From NCBI GenBank assembly GCA_050179755.1, contig JBFXEV010000001.1, forward strand, positions 201,994 to 265,993: a stretch of 64,000 nt of DNA, given 5' to 3'. Made by a program: the position numbers and the translations under genes. The notes beneath the pieces were generated by a model. That model searched no databases and had not been told where the DNA came from. It saw only the letters and a list, made by a program, of their open reading frames with translations. How positions within the stretch are numbered: position 1 is the stretch's first letter; every line of letters starts with the position of its first letter. The stretch comes from Candidatus Babeliales bacterium (GTDB lineage: Bacteria > Babelota > Babeliae > Babelales > JBFXEV01). Positions 57,503-64,000 of the stretch are shown one piece after another.

Positions 57503-58339
57503 CTACTTTTGATCAATAGGGCAATAATAACAGCTTCTTCCTGCTATTGTTGCCTTTTTTAGTTTATGCTTTTTATTTTTAGGGCACAGCCTATCAGTAT
57601 GACGGTGCGTTTGCAAATAAGTATTTGGAAAACCATCAACTTCATCATTTGAGAACGTATGCTCACCTTTTACGTTGTTCATTTGTTTTACTCGCACTTT
57701 CACTGCAAATTTAAGCACTGATTTTATCTTTTTATAAAGTAATACACGTTGCGCATGAGTTAAGTCTTGTGCTCGATGATGCGGATCAATACGCGCTTGA
57801 AACAGTATTTCATCTGAATATTCATTACCAATACCTGCAATAATTGATTGATCCATTAAAAGCGCTTTTATGTTTTTGCGATTATTATCTTCTAAAACTT
57901 GCAAGAACTGTTTTTGCGTTATTTTTAATGCATCTTTGCCCAGCAGAGAAAGCCCTTTAATAGCCGATAAATCTGCAATCCACCACACACCACCAAACTT
58001 GCGTTTATCAATCCAAAATAATGCAGAGCCATTGCTGAAAATAAAGCTAACTTGCGCATATTTTGGTGCAAGTTGTGCATCTTTTTGATAATCGACCGAG
58101 CCGTTCAACCCAAAATGGAGCACAACACGATAATCACTTTGCGTCAGTGAGAGCAACACATATTTGCCTTGCCGCTCTGCCTTGGTAAACTGGTGCCCTA
58201 TAAGCGCTTTTTTGAATGAAACTAAACTCACTTTTTTTAGCAAGCGTTTATCTTTAACAGCCACATCTATAATTTTTTTGCGCAAACTATTACGCGCTAT
58301 GTAGCTTCTAAACGCTTCTACTTCTGGTAACTCTGGCAT
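57503..58339 (-). CDS. mutM: Fpg/Nei DNA glycosylase
   Basis: MPELPEVE, RQGK, IKALLMDQ, GIGNEYSDEILF. Confidence 0.9.
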   Translation of the reverse strand: MPELPEVEAFRSYIARNSLRKKIIDVAVKDKRLLKKVSLVSFKKALIGHQFTKAERQGKYVLLSLTQSDYRVVLHFGLNGSVDYQKDAQLAPKYAQVSFIFSNGSALFWIDKRKFGGVWWIADLSAIKGLSLLGKDALKITQKQFLQVLEDNNRKNIKALLMDQSIIAGIGNEYSDEILFQARIDPHHRAQDLTHAQRVLLYKKIKSVLKFAVKVRVKQMNNVKGEHTFSNDEVDGFPNTYLQTHRHTDRLCPKNKKHKLKKATIAGRSCYYCPIDQK

Positions 58340-58437
58340 ACTATCTTCCTTTCTATTATCACTAATATTGCATTTGGCAAATAGCACACGCTACACTTAA
58401 AACATATCTTATTCATTATTTTAAAAAAAGGATTCTC

Positions 58438-58986
58438 ATGAAACAAAATTTAAAAGAATATAAAGTGGCTATTCTCGTGGCTCCAGGTTTTGAAGAATCA
58501 GAAATGACAAAGCCACGCCAAGTACTTGATGACGCGGGTGCAAAAACAATGCTCATTTCACCAGAATCAAAATCAGTATACTCGTGGTCCACTAATGATT
58601 GGTCAAAAAGCTATACGGTAGATTTGCAGCTTGATATGGCAAATCCCGGTGATTATGATGCATTGTTATTACCGGGCGGCGTGATAAACCCAGATAAATT
58701 ACGGTTAAATAAAAATGCCATCGACTTCATTGCACGTTTTGGAGAAATGGATAAACCAATTGCTGCTATTTGCCACGGCCCATGGACACTCATTGATGCG
58801 GGTTTAGTAAATGGCAAAACATTAACATCTTGGCCATCAATACGCATTGATCTAGAAAATGCCGGTGCCAAATGGGTAGATAAAGAAGTAGTGATAGACG
58901 GCAAACTGGTGACCAGCCGTAAACCAGAAGATATTCCTTTTTTTAATGAAGCTATGCTTAAAGTATTTACACAGAACAGAGAGTAA
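58438..58986 (+). CDS. pfpI: PfpI/DJ-1 family protein
   Basis: GFEESE, LPGGVINPDKLR, AICHGP, TSRKP. Confidence 0.93.
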   Translation: MKQNLKEYKVAILVAPGFEESEMTKPRQVLDDAGAKTMLISPESKSVYSWSTNDWSKSYTVDLQLDMANPGDYDALLLPGGVINPDKLRLNKNAIDFIARFGEMDKPIAAICHGPWTLIDAGLVNGKTLTSWPSIRIDLENAGAKWVDKEVVIDGKLVTSRKPEDIPFFNEAMLKVFTQNRE

Positions 58987-58993
58987 GTAACTC

Positions 58994-59806
58994 ATGCAAA
59001 AATTAACAAAGATACTCATAATTCATTTTCTGTTAGCACAACCACTCATGCATGCGATGGATACGTTAGAAAATGAATTAAAATTCCTACACAACAGACT
59101 TACTTCTCTAAGAAAAGCATTCACTCCAATAGCACAAACAATCAAGCCCGAACCTTTACCACAAGCTGAGCCTAAATTTAAAAAATTTAACGCACTTGGC
59201 GAACGCATCTTACCCAATGGCAAAAAGATTATTGTAGGAATTGGCGATGTTGAAAAAGTAGAAAATGTAGATGCTGTAATAAATGCTGCAAATAAGAATT
59301 TACAATTTGGCAGTGGCGTTGCAGGGGCAATCGCTGCAGCATTAGGTGCAGAAGGAGTTAAACAGGTATACGCAGAAATCAATGCAAAGTATACAACGCC
59401 AGTTAACGTGGGTTCGGCGACCCCAACATCAGTACCAGCAAATACTCTTCTTGCACAACGTGGTTTTAAATACATTATTCACGCAGTAGGCCCAGATTGT
59501 AGAGACCAAGAACAATCAAAAAACTGGCAAATGCTATTGGCAAGCGCCTATCGCAATGCTCTTACTGAAGCTGCAAAGCTTAACCTTAAAACTATAACAG
59601 TGCCAGCATTAAGCATTGGCGTATTCCAATGTGATTATCAAACAGCAATCACTATCATGATGGGGTCTATAACACAAGCGTTATTACAACCTTCATCGCT
59701 AGAAGAAGTGCTCTTGGTAGTTTGGTCAGGTGGCCAAAATAATACTGCTACGGCGCAAAATTGGCTTGCTGCACTTGATAAGGCTATTAGGATCGCAACC
59801 CTATAA
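58994..59806 (+). CDS. Secreted Macro-domain (MacroD-like) ADP-ribose hydrolase
   Basis: GD, VINAAN, GSGVAGAI, IIHAVGP, PALSIGVF; signal peptide ...MHAMD. Confidence 0.9.
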   Translation: MQKLTKILIIHFLLAQPLMHAMDTLENELKFLHNRLTSLRKAFTPIAQTIKPEPLPQAEPKFKKFNALGERILPNGKKIIVGIGDVEKVENVDAVINAANKNLQFGSGVAGAIAAALGAEGVKQVYAEINAKYTTPVNVGSATPTSVPANTLLAQRGFKYIIHAVGPDCRDQEQSKNWQMLLASAYRNALTEAAKLNLKTITVPALSIGVFQCDYQTAITIMMGSITQALLQPSSLEEVLLVVWSGGQNNTATAQNWLAALDKAIRIATL

Positions 59807-59809
59807 CTA

Positions 59810-61168
59810 TTACCCCAAGAAAAACGTGCATACTTGTGTATAAATAAACAAGCCGCAAATATCCATGAGTGTTGCCAAGAACGGCCCTGCAGCAAATGCA
59901 GGGTCGATGCGTAATTTTTGTAAGATAAGCGGCATACAACTGCCAAGTGCCACGGAAACAAGCACAATTAATGACAGCGATATGCTCACCGCAAGGCTTG
60001 GAATAAGCGCACCTATAGTAAAATATGCCCTGCCAAACGCAACAACACCTAGAATGCATGCAAGCATCACCGACATGGCAAACTCGCGCGTTAAGAAACG
60101 GCGAATGGTTCCTGGGTGAATTTCACCAGACGCCATGCCTTGAATCACCAGCGCAGATGTTTGACTGCTTGAGTTGCCACCAGCACTCACAAGCATGGTT
60201 AAGAATAAGTTAAAAAAAACGTAGCCGCATGCAAGCGCACTATAACGCTCAAGTATCATGCTAGAAACTGATTGCGCAAGCAACAAAATAATAAGAATAT
60301 AGCTACGCTCAAATAAAATTTTAAAGAAAGGCGTTTCAAAATACGTATCTTTAATGGCAGGCATGGCAGACATGTGATACACGTCTTCACTGGCCTCTTG
60401 CGCAATAATGTCAACTAACGTATCACCCTGAATCACGCCCAAAAAGTAATTGTTCTCTCCTACTACCGGTGCAAACGTGGCATCATAGTGCATCATAATA
60501 CGCGCAACTTCTTCTCTATCTTCAAGCACGTCAATGACCAGCGTTGGCTTATGCATAAACTGCGATAATCTCACTTCTGGTTTTTGAAGCACCAAGCTTT
60601 CTATCATTATGTAACCTACCAACTGATTGTCTTGATTGGTTACATAAATAATGTGATGCAGCTCTTTCCTTGGCTGTAAGCGCTGTAATAAATGTATACT
60701 TTTGGCGACAGTAAAATCTTGCATAAGCGTGAGCACTTCGGTATCCATGATACCGCCGGCCGATTCTGGATCAAACTTCATAAGGGCAACTACTTGTTTG
60801 CGGTCTTTTTTAGATAGCAATGGCAAATAACGCTCTAAGTCTGCATCAGAAAGCTCTTCAAATAAATCAGTAAGTTCATCAAGGGGAATTTCTGCAAGTA
60901 ATTGCTCGCGCTCATTATCAGAAAGGAATGAGAGAATATACACTTTAAGCGATTCAGAAACATGAGAGAAAATGCCTACCTGTAAATCACGCCGTAAGCG
61001 CACAAATAGATCTTGCAAATCGCGATCTGATAAATCAGAAAAAAAATCGGCACTATCTGCCGGATGCAAAGCAGTAAGCTCCTGCCATAAAGCAATCCCT
61101 TCTGGAGTCTCTTGCTTTATCGCTTCTAGATTCTGATAGGCTCGCGCAAAAAGCTCTTTATAATTCAT
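59810..61168 (-). CDS. mgtE: Magnesium transporter MgtE
   Basis: SAGGIM, CBS pair, GGNSSSQ, DPAFAAGPFLATLMD. Confidence 0.95.
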   Translation of the reverse strand: MNYKELFARAYQNLEAIKQETPEGIALWQELTALHPADSADFFSDLSDRDLQDLFVRLRRDLQVGIFSHVSESLKVYILSFLSDNEREQLLAEIPLDELTDLFEELSDADLERYLPLLSKKDRKQVVALMKFDPESAGGIMDTEVLTLMQDFTVAKSIHLLQRLQPRKELHHIIYVTNQDNQLVGYIMIESLVLQKPEVRLSQFMHKPTLVIDVLEDREEVARIMMHYDATFAPVVGENNYFLGVIQGDTLVDIIAQEASEDVYHMSAMPAIKDTYFETPFFKILFERSYILIILLLAQSVSSMILERYSALACGYVFFNLFLTMLVSAGGNSSSQTSALVIQGMASGEIHPGTIRRFLTREFAMSVMLACILGVVAFGRAYFTIGALIPSLAVSISLSLIVLVSVALGSCMPLILQKLRIDPAFAAGPFLATLMDICGLFIYTQVCTFFLG

Positions 61169-61339
61169 AGGATTCCCACCTGTGCTAATCTCTCATTAGC
61201 AAATCAGCTTAATATGTCAATTTGACGATTTTTGGCTATTTTGTATACTCAATATACTACAAAAAAACAGTATCTCCACCCTTCTATAAAATAGTGTACT
61301 GGAAATACCCAGTATAGCATAGTAAATGGCAGTAACAAT

Positions 61340-62290
61340 ATGAAAAAGAGTATATCGTTGGAACATTCACCAACAAAAACCATTGTTGTTGGCGAACAAG
61401 AAGTAGGCAAGCGGATTGATGCCGCACTTTGTCAGTTACTACCAGAATTTTCGCGTACCTATTTTCAAGAACTTATTGAGCGCAATGCCATTATGGTACA
61501 CGGCAAGAAAATCTCAAAAAGCTATCGTGTAAAGCCTGATGACGTAATAACCATATCGTTTCCTCCAAGCACACCACTTTTTACCACTAAAGTTATCCCT
61601 GATAATCTAGGCGTGGAAGTACTTTTTGAAAATGAACATTTTTTAATCGTCTATAAACCGGCAGGCCTCATTGTGCATGCACCGCATTTGACCACGCCAG
61701 AAGTAACGTTGGTTGATTGGCTGGTGAAGCGCTATGAGCATATTAAAGATCTGGGGTTTGATAACAGGCCAGGCATAGTGCACCGGCTTGATAAAGATAC
61801 GTCGGGCATAATCATTCTTGCCAAAACGCTCCATGCGCATAATGAATTTGCGCGGCTTTTCCGCGAGCGCGGCGTGCATAAAACATATTATGCTTTAGTG
61901 CAAGGCCACCCTGAGCGCACCGGATCAATAAACTTTCCTATCGCACGTGATGAAAGAGTGCGCAATCGCATGACACATAGAGATCCGCAAGGCCGAGCAG
62001 CGCTCACGCATTATGAAGTGGAAACATATTTTAAAAATACGTCACTTGTGAAAGCATTTCCAGTCAGCGGCAGAACACATCAAATTCGCGTTCATTTTGC
62101 AGCCATTGGCCATCCCATTGTGGGTGATGCGCTTTATGGTCAACCTTCTAAAGAAATAAAACGCCAGGCGTTGCACGCATATAAACTTTCATTTGAGTTT
62201 GATGGCGTTCCTTATAATTTTGAAAAAAACATTCCTGCTGATATGCAGCACTGCATCGATATTCAAGAAAAAATAGATAAGAATTTTTAA
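61340..62290 (+). CDS. rluD: RluA/RluD family pseudouridine synthase
   Basis: S4 domain, KPAGL, GIVHRLDKDTSG, GRTHQIRVH. Confidence 0.9.
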   Translation: MKKSISLEHSPTKTIVVGEQEVGKRIDAALCQLLPEFSRTYFQELIERNAIMVHGKKISKSYRVKPDDVITISFPPSTPLFTTKVIPDNLGVEVLFENEHFLIVYKPAGLIVHAPHLTTPEVTLVDWLVKRYEHIKDLGFDNRPGIVHRLDKDTSGIIILAKTLHAHNEFARLFRERGVHKTYYALVQGHPERTGSINFPIARDERVRNRMTHRDPQGRAALTHYEVETYFKNTSLVKAFPVSGRTHQIRVHFAAIGHPIVGDALYGQPSKEIKRQALHAYKLSFEFDGVPYNFEKNIPADMQHCIDIQEKIDKNF

Positions 62291-62388
62291 AAAATGGCTC
62301 TTGCTTTTTTATCAAAAGAGGGATAGCCTTATGTTCGAGCTAAGAAGGAATTGTAGTAATGAAGCTAAAAAAAATCTTCTAGCTCACG

Positions 62389-63084
62389 CTATCTAAAACA
62401 CTTAAATCTTCTAAACACTTTGCCAAATTCCACGAGCAAATTATTACCAACATATTTACAATATGGTCTCAGCTGTACATTGCTCTTTTTGGCCTGTTGA
62501 ATGCGTTCTTTAGTGCCATGCCATGCTTGTTGATAGGTTTCTACAAAATCTGAGTTATTGGTGACTATCACATTTTCTTCATTACCTGTCAAACCAACTT
62601 TGGTGATATTTGCAGAACCTGACCATACTACAGAATTGGTACCCAAAGTATCCGCAAATACAAAATATTTATTATGCATAAGTGATCTATAGTGCGCATA
62701 AAGATGTACTGGTATGCCATATTCATACAACACGCTAATGCGTTCATATTTACCGCGCAAACCTTCCACGTCGGTAATCACCTGCACGTCAACGCCACGC
62801 TTGAACGCAGCAATAATGGCACTTGCCACGTCTGGCTCAGTAAAGTTATAAAGTGCTGCAAGGATTTGATTTCGTTCATTATGAATAAGAGCCATGAGAA
62901 GTGCTTTGGGAGCATCAACCGGAATAATAAACGCTTGATGAAAATCATCAGTGCTACTGAGTAGCTGCTCAATAGACGTATCTGTTTTAGTTTTTGGAAC
63001 AGCTCTGGTTTTTGCTTCTAGTGGTGCAAAAGCCAGAAATATGAGAACGAGATATGCTCTACCTATTACCTGAAACGTCTTCAT
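62389..63084 (-). CDS. Secreted phospholipase D/Nuc-like protein (single HKD)
   Basis: MHNKYFVFAD, WSGSANIT, NEEN; signal peptide. Confidence 0.85.
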   Translation of the reverse strand: MKTFQVIGRAYLVLIFLAFAPLEAKTRAVPKTKTDTSIEQLLSSTDDFHQAFIIPVDAPKALLMALIHNERNQILAALYNFTEPDVASAIIAAFKRGVDVQVITDVEGLRGKYERISVLYEYGIPVHLYAHYRSLMHNKYFVFADTLGTNSVVWSGSANITKVGLTGNEENVIVTNNSDFVETYQQAWHGTKERIQQAKKSNVQLRPYCKYVGNNLLVEFGKVFRRFKCFR

Positions 63085-63263
63085 TCTAATCTCCTTGTTG
63101 ATAATTTTTTCTTTGTGATTGGTAGAGAGAGAGTAATATACGTTTAATCTTTTCTCTACATGCGTAGTAGTATAGCACAAATATAACCCTTTTTGACAAC
63201 ATTTTGTAAAAAAGATATACTATTTGTGGTGAAATTCCACATCTTAACTGAAAGGGTTTATTT

Positions 63264-64000
63264 ATGAATAAACGACTTCTTTCGTCTTTATGTATCGTTC
63301 TGTTACTCACTACACCATTAACCAAAGCGGGAAGCTGGTGGGATGTAGACAAAGACTCAAAAGTTCTTCCTATTATAAGCGCAGGCCTTGCAGCAGCGGG
63401 CATTGCAGGACTTGCAACGTGGTTGCTTAGTGAATCTGATTACGATGTGATCAATCAAGCAGAATCTGATTTGCACAACGTTCAGCAACGCTATAACAAT
63501 ATTCGTTATGCTTATGAACAAACTACTTATGATCGATATGCACAAGAGCAAGAGCTTAAACGCGTGATCAAACAACAATGTGGCCACGAGGAATTTTATC
63601 TTATTGCCTATCATGATAGACTTGGCACCAGCCACAAGCTCTTACGTTCTCAAATGAATAAAGTAAAAGAGCGTTTGCACACGGTAGAATCAAAAATGGC
63701 TAAACTATCGCGCCATAATGAAAAGTTTGATGTTGCAAATCGTGCGCGCATACAGCTGAATGACATTTTGCATGATCTTGAAAAAACAGCTGCTTTCTTG
63801 GGCGATTTGCACCAGCGCATTGGCTCATGGCCGGAACTTGCACAGCAGCACAAGAAACACCGCAAATATCTTGCAAAACTTGAGCAAGAACGCAAAGAGC
63901 GTGAACGCGAACGCAAGATACGTGACCAGCAATATGAGCTTGATCGTATGAACGATAGAGTGCGTCAGCTTGAACGTGAAAAACGCGCGGCATATGAACG
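63264..64000 (+). CDS. Secreted coiled-coil hypothetical protein, runs off window
   Basis: Own translation MNKRLLSSLCIVLLLTTPLTKAGSWWD...; open to the window end. Confidence 0.7.
   Translation, partial: MNKRLLSSLCIVLLLTTPLTKAGSWWDVDKDSKVLPIISAGLAAAGIAGLATWLLSESDYDVINQAESDLHNVQQRYNNIRYAYEQTTYDRYAQEQELKRVIKQQCGHEEFYLIAYHDRLGTSHKLLRSQMNKVKERLHTVESKMAKLSRHNEKFDVANRARIQLNDILHDLEKTAAFLGDLHQRIGSWPELAQQHKKHRKYLAKLEQERKERERERKIRDQQYELDRMNDRVRQLEREKRAAYE

Noticed and set aside
63357..63993. Short ORFs listed at the right edge
   Set aside because: Shadows of one plus-strand ORF starting at 63264 that runs off the window

Overview
Low-GC bacterial chromosomal window. The gene content points to an intracellular parasite of protists, most likely Candidatus Dependentiae/Babelota (TM6); this is an inference from an ATP/ADP translocase, a Mip-like FKBP, and many signal-peptide ankyrin, WD40 and orphan proteins. 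Housekeeping genes (truA, typA, rpsF-rpsR, rnhB, ftsY, prmC, mutL, cdd, mpg, mutM, mgtE, rluD, tRNA-Lys, tRNA-Glu) alternate with accessory paralog clusters. Highlights: (1) a polymorphic toxin locus at 6670-12276, with a 776-aa signal-peptide protein ending in an EndoU-like nuclease tip, followed by three orphan tip remnants and five paralogous immunity-like genes, every tip/immunity junction being an ATGA overlap; (2) two unannotated, apparently leaderless leader-peptide attenuators (one Tyr-rich, one Phe/Tyr-rich) in front of two paralogous TrpX-like ABC binding proteins; (3) about 20 exported proteins whose signal peptide is followed by Met-(Asp/Glu/Gln); (4) a catalytically degenerate IS200 TnpA-like gene next to the ATP/ADP translocase, plus dispersed REP-like palindromes; (5) a recombining WD40 effector array, secreted Macro and 2H-phosphoesterase enzymes, a histone H1-like protein, a doubly frameshifted hicA, and a tRNA-Glu att-like mini-island. 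All functional calls come from motif recognition by eye; no database searches were run.
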